Shown in pieces: positions 39,682 to 48,727 of a DNA stretch of 64,000 nucleotides. The position numbers and the translations under genes are program-made. Position 1 is the stretch's first letter. Each line of letters opens with the position of its first letter. The notes beneath the pieces were generated by a model. The model was given only the letters and a program-made list of their open reading frames with translations, was not told where the DNA came from and did no database searches. The stretch comes from Fibrobacter succinogenes (GTDB taxonomy: Bacteria; Fibrobacterota; Fibrobacteria; Fibrobacterales; Fibrobacteraceae), in contig CACWJY010000010.1 in assembly GCA_902761355.1 (NCBI GenBank), forward strand, positions 21,207 through 85,206, in the 5' to 3' direction.

Positions 39682-40488
39682 ATGCGTTTTTTCAAAAGGT
39701 CACTGATTGTAGCTGTTTCGTTCTTAGTAGGGTTTGTACAAGCTTCAGAAAACGAACGCCCCACCTACAAACTATCCCTTGAAAACGATATTCCCGTTAC
39801 CTTGGCTGCCGGAGGCATGTTTGGAATGGGAATGTTCCTTTATTCCCGCATGGACACCCCAAAAACTCTAAAAGACAAAGACGATCTATTGCCTTGGGAC
39901 AAACCCCTAGCCGGCCGCTACAGCAAAAGCGCCGATAAGGCAAGCGACATCGGCTCCGTTTTTGCCCTTGGCCCACTGGCGGTAGGGGGCATTGCCTGGT
40001 ACAACGGAAACTCTACCGGGGGTGAATTCGCAACCTTTACCGTAATGCTTTTGCAGGCCGTCGGCATCGGAAATGGAATCAACCTGGCCATGCGCTCCCT
40101 TGAGATTTGGCCCCGTCCCTACATGTATACCGAAAATGGCGAAGGCAAGGAAAAAGCCGAAAACGCCAAGGGCGAGGCATACGGATCGTTCTTTTCGGGG
40201 CATGCCACCGCCGCCTTTACGGTTGCAACCTTTACCGACCAATGGTTCAGGACAACCTACCCGAATTCCCCGTACAAAGGAATCATGCGAGCATCCGCAT
40301 ACTCGCTCGCCACCCTTGAAAGCGTTCTCCGCATCGCAGCAGGTAAACATTATTTTTCCGACGTAGTTGTCGGGGCGCTCGTAGGCACCGGTGTTAGCAT
40401 CGGAATTCTCGAAATGCACCGCAACCGTAACGAAAATTTTTCAGTATGGGCCGGGCCGGGTGTAGCGGGAATCACAATTCGTATATAA
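39682..40488 (+). CDS. PAP2-family phosphatase, exported
   Basis: PRP, SFFSGH and RIAAGKHYFSDV motifs; signal peptide. Confidence 0.85.
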   Translation: MRFFKRSLIVAVSFLVGFVQASENERPTYKLSLENDIPVTLAAGGMFGMGMFLYSRMDTPKTLKDKDDLLPWDKPLAGRYSKSADKASDIGSVFALGPLAVGGIAWYNGNSTGGEFATFTVMLLQAVGIGNGINLAMRSLEIWPRPYMYTENGEGKEKAENAKGEAYGSFFSGHATAAFTVATFTDQWFRTTYPNSPYKGIMRASAYSLATLESVLRIAAGKHYFSDVVVGALVGTGVSIGILEMHRNRNENFSVWAGPGVAGITIRI

Positions 40489-40572
40489 CATAAAATTGTA
40501 AGTTTCGTTTTCTAGAACTCCTGTATATATTCAAAAGTGTAGGCGCCACAAAATGCCTCAGGAGTGCGTGAA

Positions 40573-41271
40573 ATGTTCGGAATCAAGTTCAATCGTCTGG
40601 TCACTGCAACTGCAGTTCTCGCCCTTTGCTGTGGCGCAAGCTTTGCCGCCGGTCCCAAGAAGATGGGCATGCACAAGATGACGAAGGTTTCGGCTAAGAA
40701 AACGAACCTGGTGCATAAGGGCAAGGCCGCCAAGCTCGAACAACCCGAACAGAACCTGAGCGAAGAAGAACTTTTTGCCATCGCCCTCCAGAGCAAGAAC
40801 ATTTCTAAGGACGGAAACACCCTCACAGACTCCCGCGACGGCAAGACTTATAAGGTCGAAATCAAAGGCGATAAGGCATGGATGAAAAACAACCTCGCCT
40901 TCAGCCTTTCGACCCCCAAGCAGTGCCTGCTCGAAGAAGAAGGCAACTGCAAAAAATTCGGACGTTTTTACAGTCATAAAGAAGCCACCAAGGCATGCCC
41001 CAACGGCTGGCACCTTCCCGACGACGGCGAATGGCGCGACTACCAGAAGGACCAGTCCAAGCTCGACTGGAACAACCTGGGCAAGGGCGGCTGCAAGGAC
41101 TGGGACGGCTACTGCGAAAGCAGCTCTACCGGTCACTACTGGTCTGCCTCCAAGGTCAAAAAGAATACCGCCCGTTCCTGGGAATTCCGCAGTGTCGCCC
41201 ACAGCATCAACCGCACCGACGAAAGCCCAAGCAAGGGACTCTATGTGCGCTGCGTGGCAGACCTCCGCTAA
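40573..41271 (+). CDS. Fibrobacter major paralogous (FISUMP) domain protein
   Basis: DSRDGKTYK..WMKNNL..FGRFY..ACPNGWHLP..EW..YWSA..GLYVRCV. Confidence 0.9.
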   Translation: MFGIKFNRLVTATAVLALCCGASFAAGPKKMGMHKMTKVSAKKTNLVHKGKAAKLEQPEQNLSEEELFAIALQSKNISKDGNTLTDSRDGKTYKVEIKGDKAWMKNNLAFSLSTPKQCLLEEEGNCKKFGRFYSHKEATKACPNGWHLPDDGEWRDYQKDQSKLDWNNLGKGGCKDWDGYCESSSTGHYWSASKVKKNTARSWEFRSVAHSINRTDESPSKGLYVRCVADLR

Positions 41272-41294
41272 GATTCTTCAACTTCATCCATCTA

Positions 41295-41327
41295 AAGAAG
41301 ACCTCCCGACGGGAGGTCTTCTTTTTT
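41295..41327 (+). terminator. Rho-independent terminator
   Basis: aagaagacctccc-gac-gggaggtcttctt followed by a T run. Confidence 0.88.
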
Positions 41328-41346
41328 CATCAACGCTCTTACGATA

Positions 41347-41382
41347 AAAAGCCCCCCCCCTGCTTTCGCAGGGGGCACAAAA
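41347..41382 (-). terminator. Terminator for the lipoprotein gene
   Basis: ccccctgc-tttc-gcaggggg stem with an A run on the + strand side. Confidence 0.65.
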
Positions 41383-41386
41383 ACGG

Positions 41387-42343
41387 TTACTTCATTCCAC
41401 CGACAACCAGATTCACAAGACCTGTTGCAAAGGCCTTGGCCTTCACCTTCTTGCCCTTTTCCTGCTTAAGTTCAAGAATCAAATGGTCAATGCAGAAATC
41501 ATCATCTTCGCCGCCATACGTCACGTCAAAGCTGTAATCTTCAAAGTTAAACGTATCTTTATGCTTGCTGTCGGCATCATAATCGTTGTAAGCGGCCTCG
41601 CAATCACTCTGGCTATAGGCATAACGCTGCGTGAACGTAATCTTGCAGGTTCTAGAATTGTTCGACACTGTAATCACACCCGAATACGCCTTAAAGTCAG
41701 AAACCGTCACATAGATGCTCCCATAGAACAGCGAAAGCTCCGTGCAATTCACGGCACTGATTTCAGAAAGCATAGTCTCCTTATCAATGGTATCGCCTTC
41801 AGCAAGGAAGCTCTTATAAAAATCCGTGAGCTTATCATCCATATTCTCAAGAGACGGATTTTTCTTGGTAAACTGAGAGAAATAGTCCTTCATCAAGCAG
41901 GAGCCATTGTAGCGGATAACGGACTTGACCACACCATCGCTTCCTAAGCGCAATCCGTTCCTGAATTTTTTCGAATTAAATTCAGAATTAGAGGCAAAAC
42001 CCACCGGGAATGTTCCATCCTCAAAATCGTACTTAACCTTATTATCCAGAGAATCCGTTACCGACAAGACATCCTTGTTCTGCGAGACCTTGTAAGACAA
42101 GGTGTCCCACTGTTTAGCATCGTCAGGGCCTACCAGACCGACAGAGGTTTCTTTACAAATCGGACGAATATACTTGAAGGTCGAATCCTTTTCGTTATAC
42201 GTATATTTAGCCTTTTTCAGGACAATTTCAAAAGAATCCTCAAAGCTGAAAAATTCACTCGGCGGAGCGGACGAAGACTTGTCGTCACCGCAAGCGATAA
42301 GCACTAATGAAGAGGCTAACGCAAATGCAATTTTCTTAATCAT
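41387..42343 (-). CDS. Hypothetical lipoprotein
   Basis: Lipobox LIACGDD; GGAG SD; no family recognised. Confidence 0.8.
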   Translation of the reverse strand: MIKKIAFALASSLVLIACGDDKSSSAPPSEFFSFEDSFEIVLKKAKYTYNEKDSTFKYIRPICKETSVGLVGPDDAKQWDTLSYKVSQNKDVLSVTDSLDNKVKYDFEDGTFPVGFASNSEFNSKKFRNGLRLGSDGVVKSVIRYNGSCLMKDYFSQFTKKNPSLENMDDKLTDFYKSFLAEGDTIDKETMLSEISAVNCTELSLFYGSIYVTVSDFKAYSGVITVSNNSRTCKITFTQRYAYSQSDCEAAYNDYDADSKHKDTFNFEDYSFDVTYGGEDDDFCIDHLILELKQEKGKKVKAKAFATGLVNLVVGGMK

Positions 42344-42363
42344 ATTTTCTCCGTTTTTTAAAA

Positions 42364-43164
42364 TCAGATTTCACCCTTGAAGAAGGATTCAAAATCGATA
42401 TCGCTTACCATGTCGACAACAAATTCAGGTTTATCCGTTAATTTATCCAGGTCCTGCTGTTTGGTCTCTCCGCATAACGGAAGCACAAAGCGGCAACCGC
42501 TGCGCTTGGCAAGTTCAAAGTCCGTATAGAGGCGGTCTCCCACAAACAAGATTTCTTCGGGCTTATATTTTTTCAAAAGTCCCGAAAGCATAGCTGGATT
42601 TGGTTTACCAAAACTACGTTCCGGTTCTACACCATAGGCTGTTTTAAGGAGCGCCATAAAACTGCCGATGTCAGGCACAGGGCCGTTGGCATCGGGACAA
42701 ACAAAATCGGTATGCGTCACCCAGAAAGGAATTTTCCTTTGCACACGGAAAGACAGTTCACAAAGTTCACGGTAGTCAAAGCTATTATGGTAAGCAATCA
42801 GTACCAGTTCGGTGTCGGCGACATCGGGGCGAAGGTTGAGCGAGGGGTCTTGCGCCGCAAACCATTCCGTAACTTCGGGATTGGCAAAAAAGAAAACGTT
42901 CTTGATGCCCTCTTCATGGATCGCATCAAGCGAAAGGTACAGTGCCGAGATAATCGCGTCATCACTAAGCGGAAGTCCCATGACCTTGAGACGGTTCTCG
43001 TAGAACACAGGAGACTTGCTGGTATTATTGCTTAGGTAGTAGACCGGCACCTGTTTGGCCACGCGGCAAACTGTCTTGACGGCCTTAGGGTAAGGACGTC
43101 CACTCAGGTACAAGGTACCATCGAGGTCAAACACAACCGCTTTTACGGGCACGCACTTTTGCAT
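42364..43164 (-). CDS. HAD-IIA family hydrolase (NagD-like)
   Basis: FDLDGTLY, LSNN, GKP and VGDRLYTD motifs. Start placed at ATG 43164. Confidence 0.9.
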   Translation of the reverse strand: MQKCVPVKAVVFDLDGTLYLSGRPYPKAVKTVCRVAKQVPVYYLSNNTSKSPVFYENRLKVMGLPLSDDAIISALYLSLDAIHEEGIKNVFFFANPEVTEWFAAQDPSLNLRPDVADTELVLIAYHNSFDYRELCELSFRVQRKIPFWVTHTDFVCPDANGPVPDIGSFMALLKTAYGVEPERSFGKPNPAMLSGLLKKYKPEEILFVGDRLYTDFELAKRSGCRFVLPLCGETKQQDLDKLTDKPEFVVDMVSDIDFESFFKGEI

Positions 43165-43192
43165 ATGAATGAATATAGTAATATTATAGAAT

Positions 43193-43345
43193 GGGGGATG
43201 TTTCCCCCTTGCTTTAGCCACGGCTCAGCCTGCTCCGCACACGAACGTCCTCGCCTTCGGCTGCGGATTGTTCGCTTAGCGGTCAGGCTATCACCGCGTC
43301 TACCGCAACCCCTTCTACGGGGCCCCCCCCCGTAACGCCCCCCCC
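43193..43345. repeat. Highly structured GC-rich intergenic element (miniature repeat or ncRNA)
   Basis: About 100-nt rod of nested stems ending in a gcc-ttc-ggc (cTTCGg-containing) cap, flanked by two G/C-run hairpins. Confidence 0.6.
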
Positions 43346-43383
43346 GAAGCATCACGATACAATAACTTTTTTATTTTTGCAGT

Positions 43384-44094
43384 ATGAAAACTCCTGATAG
43401 CCGCTTTTACTGCCCGCTGATTTCAGTCGGCACAATCACCTTAGACGAAAACGAGAGCAGCCACGCCGTACGCGTGTGCAGGGCAGGCGTAGGCGACATT
43501 TTACAGTTGTCCGACGGGCTTGGACATTACGCCGATGCCGTCATCACCAAGGCCGATGCCAAGGCGTGCGAAGTACAGGTAGATTCTATCATCGAAGCGA
43601 CTAACCCTCGGCCCAAGGTGTCGCTCGGGATAGCTTGCCTTAAAGACGACGCCTTGGAAGAAGTCGTATTCCATGCGGCACAGACAGAAATTGACAGCAT
43701 CGTTTTCTTGCGGACCGACTATTCGCAGGAACCCAAGAACTCCGATTTGCACAAAACAGTTCGCCGCGCCGAACTCAAGAGTCTCGTAAGCCTAAAGCAA
43801 TCCAAGAAACCCTGGTTGACACGCATCGAAGGTCCCGTCGAATTTTCAGAATGGCTGAAAAGCTATAAAGGCGACCTTATTCTTTGCGATATCGACGGCA
43901 AAGACGCCCCCGCCCTCGAAACCCTGGCTACCCCTGCCACGCTTCTTGTGGGCCCCGAGGGCGGTTTTTCACCTAAAGAAATTGAAGCAATCCAGAATTT
44001 TAAGGGGGGCGCGGTCCACGCCATGAAGCTCGGAAACACCCGTTTAAGGGCGCGCACCGCCGCAATTATCGCTATTGGCAAGATTGTCTGTTAA
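43384..44094 (+). CDS. rsmE: 16S rRNA m3U1498 methyltransferase
   Basis: HAVRVCR, VGPEGGFS.E and LGNTRLRARTA motifs. Confidence 0.9.
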   Translation: MKTPDSRFYCPLISVGTITLDENESSHAVRVCRAGVGDILQLSDGLGHYADAVITKADAKACEVQVDSIIEATNPRPKVSLGIACLKDDALEEVVFHAAQTEIDSIVFLRTDYSQEPKNSDLHKTVRRAELKSLVSLKQSKKPWLTRIEGPVEFSEWLKSYKGDLILCDIDGKDAPALETLATPATLLVGPEGGFSPKEIEAIQNFKGGAVHAMKLGNTRLRARTAAIIAIGKIVC

Positions 44095-44173
44095 ATTTAT
44101 TCCATTTTTATTATCTTGTATGGTATAAAATTCTACACCTTGCATTTCGCAGTGGGCTAACAAGGGAGTTCTT

Positions 44174-45871
44174 ATGATTTTGGGCTACTTAATAGGAGCG
44201 TTGATTATATCATTTGTCAACATGGGCATCCTTATGTGCCTAACCTCCAACCGGACCAAGTCGTACTATACGACCATGTTCCAGTTTATGACCATTCAAA
44301 TCGCAGGGCACTTGTTCTTGGCCCTGTCCTCTAATATCGAAGAGGCCCTTCTTGCCAACAAAATCGCTTACGCTGGTGCAGTCTATAGCCCCATGCTCTT
44401 TATCTTAGGCGAACTCGCTCTCTGCAACATCAAAATTTCAAAAGCTTTCGAAGTTACCCTTTTTACCGTCGGCACCATCGTTTTTGGCCTGGCAGCAACA
44501 ACAGGTTGGAGCGACATCTACTATAAAAGCATTCAGCTAATACAGAACAACGGCGTTACAGACTATGTCGCCGAATTTGGCCCGGCACACAGGCTTTTCG
44601 ACCTGCTGCTCATTTTTTACCTAATTTCTGGCGTTTGCATTCTCATTTATTCACTCCTCAAGAAAAAGAACATTTCGTACAGGAACCTTCTCGGGCTCGC
44701 ATCCATCGGAGTCTTTGGCATCAGTTCATTTTTTGTACTTCGCAGCTTACAATGCGACATGCTCCTGTTCCCGATTATCAACATCATCATTGAATTCACC
44801 ATTATTATTATAGCGCACCGCGTTGGCAAATACGACATTCAGGCCACCATCCTCGATTCACTCGAGTTCCAAAACGAGAGCGCCTTTATCTCTTTCACCT
44901 TAGACAAGCGCTACATCGGCTGCAACAACATCGCTCTTGAACGTTTCCCGATTCTCAAGGATTTCCGAGTCGACTCCAAGATTTCGGAGGATAACGATCT
45001 CAGCAAAATTCTACTCAAGCAAATTGATGGTTTCGCCACCAACAACAATGGCCTAGCAGAAAACTTTCAATACGGTAAAATGCACTACAAGAGCTATTTG
45101 CGGAACCTGTTCCACGGCAACAAGATTTGCGGTTACATGTTCCGTATCGAAGACGACACCAAGATTCAGCGCTATATTAAGTTACTAGACCAATACAACA
45201 ACGACCTGATCGCCGATGTCCGCAACAAAGACAGCCACATCAAGAACATTCAACAACAGATGATTCTTGGAATGGCGAACATGGTCGAATGCCGCGACCG
45301 AAATACAATAGGACATTTCCAACGCACGAGTGAAATCACCAGGATTCTTGTCGACGAAATGAAAAAAGACGACAACTTCAGGACACTTTCTAATTTCTTA
45401 GACAATGTCGCTAACGCAGCACCCATGCACGACCTCGGCAAAATAGCCGTCGACGACGCAATCCTTCGCAAGCCCGGAAAGTTCACCCCCGAAGAATACG
45501 AGGTCATGAAAACCCACGCCGAAAAAGGCGCCGCCATTGTCGAAAACCTTTTACGAGGAATAGAACCAGACGAAGTGGTCGGCATAGCACGAAACGTCGC
45601 CAACTACCATCACGAACGTTGGGACGGGACCGGCTATCCTAGACACCTCAAAGGTGAAGAAATTCCTTTCGAATCTCGAATTGTCGCCATCGCCGATGTG
45701 TACGACGCCCTGGTCAGCTTCCGCTGCTACAAAGAAAAGATGAGCTATGCTGAAGCTTTCGACACCATTGTCAGTGGCATGGGAACGCAGTTCGACCCCA
45801 AGCTCAAGAAATATTTCATCAACTGCCATAAGGAGTTTGAAGCCTATTATGACAGTTGCGAAAACAAATAA
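44174..45871 (+). CDS. HD-GYP phosphodiesterase with N-terminal 7TM sensor (HisKA_7TM-like)
   Basis: About seven hydrophobic segments, then HDLGK, HHERWDGTGYP and ADVYDAL. Confidence 0.9.
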   Translation: MILGYLIGALIISFVNMGILMCLTSNRTKSYYTTMFQFMTIQIAGHLFLALSSNIEEALLANKIAYAGAVYSPMLFILGELALCNIKISKAFEVTLFTVGTIVFGLAATTGWSDIYYKSIQLIQNNGVTDYVAEFGPAHRLFDLLLIFYLISGVCILIYSLLKKKNISYRNLLGLASIGVFGISSFFVLRSLQCDMLLFPIINIIIEFTIIIIAHRVGKYDIQATILDSLEFQNESAFISFTLDKRYIGCNNIALERFPILKDFRVDSKISEDNDLSKILLKQIDGFATNNNGLAENFQYGKMHYKSYLRNLFHGNKICGYMFRIEDDTKIQRYIKLLDQYNNDLIADVRNKDSHIKNIQQQMILGMANMVECRDRNTIGHFQRTSEITRILVDEMKKDDNFRTLSNFLDNVANAAPMHDLGKIAVDDAILRKPGKFTPEEYEVMKTHAEKGAAIVENLLRGIEPDEVVGIARNVANYHHERWDGTGYPRHLKGEEIPFESRIVAIADVYDALVSFRCYKEKMSYAEAFDTIVSGMGTQFDPKLKKYFINCHKEFEAYYDSCENK

Positions 45872-45874
45872 TTT

Positions 45875-47059
45875 TTAAAGAGTCACCTTGACTTTTTCGC
45901 GCATGGCCATGACCTGCGCCTTGGCCTCTTCCACGGTGTTGCGGCGAGCAAGCAACACACCCAAGCGACGGTGGCCCTTGAGTTCGGGCTTGCCAAATAG
46001 GCGAAGCGCGGTATCCGGTTCAGCGAGAACTTCTTCCAAGCCGCCAAACTTCACATGGTCAGAATTGCCGTCGACCACAATCGCCTTCGAGGCACTCGGG
46101 CCGTGGAAAGCGATGTTCGGAATCGGGAGGCCGAGAATGGCGCGTGCATGCAGCGCAAATTCAGAAAGATCCTGGCTGATAAGCGTCACCATGCCGGTGT
46201 CGTGCGGACGCGGAGAGACTTCGCTGAACAGGACTTCGTCCTTGCAAACGAAAAGTTCCACACCGAAGATGCCGCGACCGCCGAGGGCGTCCGTCACCTT
46301 CTTTGCAATCACCTTGGCCTGTTCCAGCAGTTCCGGCTTCATCGGCTGCGGCTGCCAGGATTCCTGATAGTCGCCACCCACCTGGTGGTGACCGATCGGT
46401 TCCAAGAAGCTCGTGCCCGCCACATGGCGAACCGTGAGCAAAGTAATTTCGTAATCGAACGGCACAAAGCCTTCCACAATTACGCGGCTGGCGTGGCCCG
46501 TGCGGCCTTCGTGCTGAGAAATATCCCAGGACTTCTGGATGTCGGCTTCGGTCTTAATGACACTCTGGCCGTGGCCCGAGGAACTCATCACCGGCTTGAT
46601 CACGCACGGGATGCCGATTTCCTTGACTGCTGCCTTGAAATCTTCAAAATTATCGGCGAAGCGGTACGGGCTCGTCTTGATACCGAGTTCTTCGGCGGCG
46701 AGTCGGCGGATACCTTCGCGGTTCATGGTAAGCTTGGTAGCCTTGGCCGTCGGAATGACATTGTAGCCTTCCTTTTCCATTTCCACGAGCGTGTCGGTCG
46801 CAATGGCTTCGACTTCGGGAACAATGTAGTCCGGCTTTTCAAGTTCAATCACGCGGCGAAGTTCAGCACCGTCGAGCATGTTAATCACGTGGCTGCGGTG
46901 AGCCACCTGCATGCCGGGAGCATTGGCGTAACGGTCCACGGCAATCACTTCGACGCCAAGACGCATCATTTCGATGATGACTTCCTTGCCCAGTTCGCCT
47001 GCTCCACAAAACAGCACCTTGGTGGCGCTAGAACTTAGAGGGGTACCGATTTCTGCCAT
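45875..47059 (-). CDS. purT: Formate-dependent phosphoribosylglycinamide formyltransferase
   Basis: [31 protein letters not shown] and [10 protein letters not shown] motifs. Confidence 0.96.
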   Translation of the reverse strand: MAEIGTPLSSSATKVLFCGAGELGKEVIIEMMRLGVEVIAVDRYANAPGMQVAHRSHVINMLDGAELRRVIELEKPDYIVPEVEAIATDTLVEMEKEGYNVIPTAKATKLTMNREGIRRLAAEELGIKTSPYRFADNFEDFKAAVKEIGIPCVIKPVMSSSGHGQSVIKTEADIQKSWDISQHEGRTGHASRVIVEGFVPFDYEITLLTVRHVAGTSFLEPIGHHQVGGDYQESWQPQPMKPELLEQAKVIAKKVTDALGGRGIFGVELFVCKDEVLFSEVSPRPHDTGMVTLISQDLSEFALHARAILGLPIPNIAFHGPSASKAIVVDGNSDHVKFGGLEEVLAEPDTALRLFGKPELKGHRRLGVLLARRNTVEEAKAQVMAMREKVKVTL

Positions 47060-47088
47060 AATAAAACTCCTTGATTTGACCGAAATAT

Positions 47089-47117
47089 AAAAAAAGCGGG
47101 CTTACGCCCGCCTTTTT
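47089..47117 (-). terminator. Terminator after hypothetical gene
   Basis: gcgggc-ttac-gcccgc stem flanked by A and T runs. Confidence 0.8.
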
Positions 47118-47138
47118 CAAAGAGCGACACTCCCAAGA

Positions 47139-47777
47139 TTAGCCTTCTTCGAGGGCTTCCTTGTATTCGTCGACCGTCGCGATGTATTCGTCAATCATGT
47201 CGTCCTTAGAATCCAAGTAGGCAAGAATCTGTTCCAGATGTTCCTTCTTGAACACGGCCTTGAGCTGACGACTTGCGTGTCCCTTATAGCCCCATTCCTT
47301 GAGGATTTCGTCGGTCACCACGAAAGCGTCGTTCATCGACACAAAGCGCATCGGACCATAAACAGCCCAGTTGTGTTCCATCTGCATGCATTCCGGTTCA
47401 GGCAGTTCGGGATTAGCCATGTAACGCTGGATATGACGGGTACGCACGTCCTTGATCTTGTCGACGCGCATGTAACCCATAATCAAGTACTTGTTGCGGA
47501 GTTCGGAATCGCTCAGGCCTTCGTAACGGGTGCCAAACAGAATATAGCGGCTCTTTGCCTTGAGGATTGCGTTGATCGCCTTCACGTTATAGCAGCTCAT
47601 CAGGCCATAGGTGCTGGTTTCGTAGTTGGGTTCATAAAGGAAACCCTTACCGTTTTCGTTGAGCTGGTCGCGGACCGGCATTTCGGACTGGTGGCTGGTT
47701 TCGACGTAAAGCAAGCTACCAGCTGCGTTGCCGCGGTAGTCCTGCCAACCTTCGAGATTGATCTGTGTTTTAGGCAT
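47139..47777 (-). CDS. Hypothetical protein
   Basis: 212-aa ORF with codon usage resembling glgP and nuo; has its own terminator. Confidence 0.8.
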   Translation of the reverse strand: MPKTQINLEGWQDYRGNAAGSLLYVETSHQSEMPVRDQLNENGKGFLYEPNYETSTYGLMSCYNVKAINAILKAKSRYILFGTRYEGLSDSELRNKYLIMGYMRVDKIKDVRTRHIQRYMANPELPEPECMQMEHNWAVYGPMRFVSMNDAFVVTDEILKEWGYKGHASRQLKAVFKKEHLEQILAYLDSKDDMIDEYIATVDEYKEALEEG

Positions 47778-47917
47778 TTGTCATCCACTCTAGTTAGGTT
47801 AAACTTTGGGAACCCCGAACTTTAGGCCCGGAGTCCCCTTTTTATATAAATCTTACAATCAGACTACTTGTGGTAGTCCGTTGCTTATTTTCAGTATGCA
47901 AGATACAAATTTATAAG

Positions 47918-48727
47918 CTAAAAGGTAATCGACTGAGCCGAAAAACCGGTCATTCCAAAGAGGGAAGCCCCTTTTTCGAAGAATTTTGCTGTATCGGTCG
48001 TCAAAAACTGCGTTTTTCCACTTTTTGTAAGGCGACATTCCATTTCTGGGTGGCGTTTCAGGTAATCGACCGTCTTTTCGGCCACGATATCCCCCTGGAA
48101 CACCAATCGGACATTTTCAGGGAGTGCAGAGCGGATAGCCCCTTCCAAAAGCGGATAATGGGTGCACGCCAACAAAAGCGTATCAATTTTTGGGTCTTCG
48201 CGTAAAACAGCGTCTATATCCTTTTTTACAAAAAAGCGTGCACCATCCGAATCACGTTCACCATATTCCACCAGTGGAACCCACATAGGACAGGCATGCT
48301 GCGTCACGTGCAATTCCGGATAAAAATGCTTGATTTCTATCAGGTAACTCCCCGAAGAAACCGTCCCCATCGTCCCAAAAATGCCAATATGGCCAGACTT
48401 GCTAAACTTACCGATTTCTTCGGCGGTAGGCCGCACAATACCAAGCACACGCTTGTCCGGGAACTCGTAGGGTAAAACATCTTGCTGAATGCTACGGAGC
48501 GCCTTGGCCGAAGCTGTATTACAGGCCAAAATCACCAGCGGGCATCCGCGGCTGAACAGCTCGCGCACCGCCTGCAGCGTGTAGCGGAAAATTGTCTCGA
48601 AACTGCGGGAGCCATAAGGGGCGCGAGCATTATCGCCCAAATAAAGGTAATCATACTGCGGCAGGACCTTCTGCAAGTTCCGTAAGATTGTGAGTCCGCC
48701 GAAGCCCGAATCAAAAACGCCAATCAT
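47918..48727 (-). CDS. murI: Glutamate racemase
   Basis: FDSGFGGL, PYG, ACNTAS and LACTHYP motifs. Confidence 0.96.
   Translation of the reverse strand: MIGVFDSGFGGLTILRNLQKVLPQYDYLYLGDNARAPYGSRSFETIFRYTLQAVRELFSRGCPLVILACNTASAKALRSIQQDVLPYEFPDKRVLGIVRPTAEEIGKFSKSGHIGIFGTMGTVSSGSYLIEIKHFYPELHVTQHACPMWVPLVEYGERDSDGARFFVKKDIDAVLREDPKIDTLLLACTHYPLLEGAIRSALPENVRLVFQGDIVAEKTVDYLKRHPEMECRLTKSGKTQFLTTDTAKFFEKGASLFGMTGFSAQSITF

Noticed and set aside
43193-43345. tRNA or SRP RNA call, and the 70-aa ORF 43143..43355
   Set aside because: There is no cloverleaf or T-loop and no SRP consensus loop. The ORF is a by-product of the GC-rich structure.
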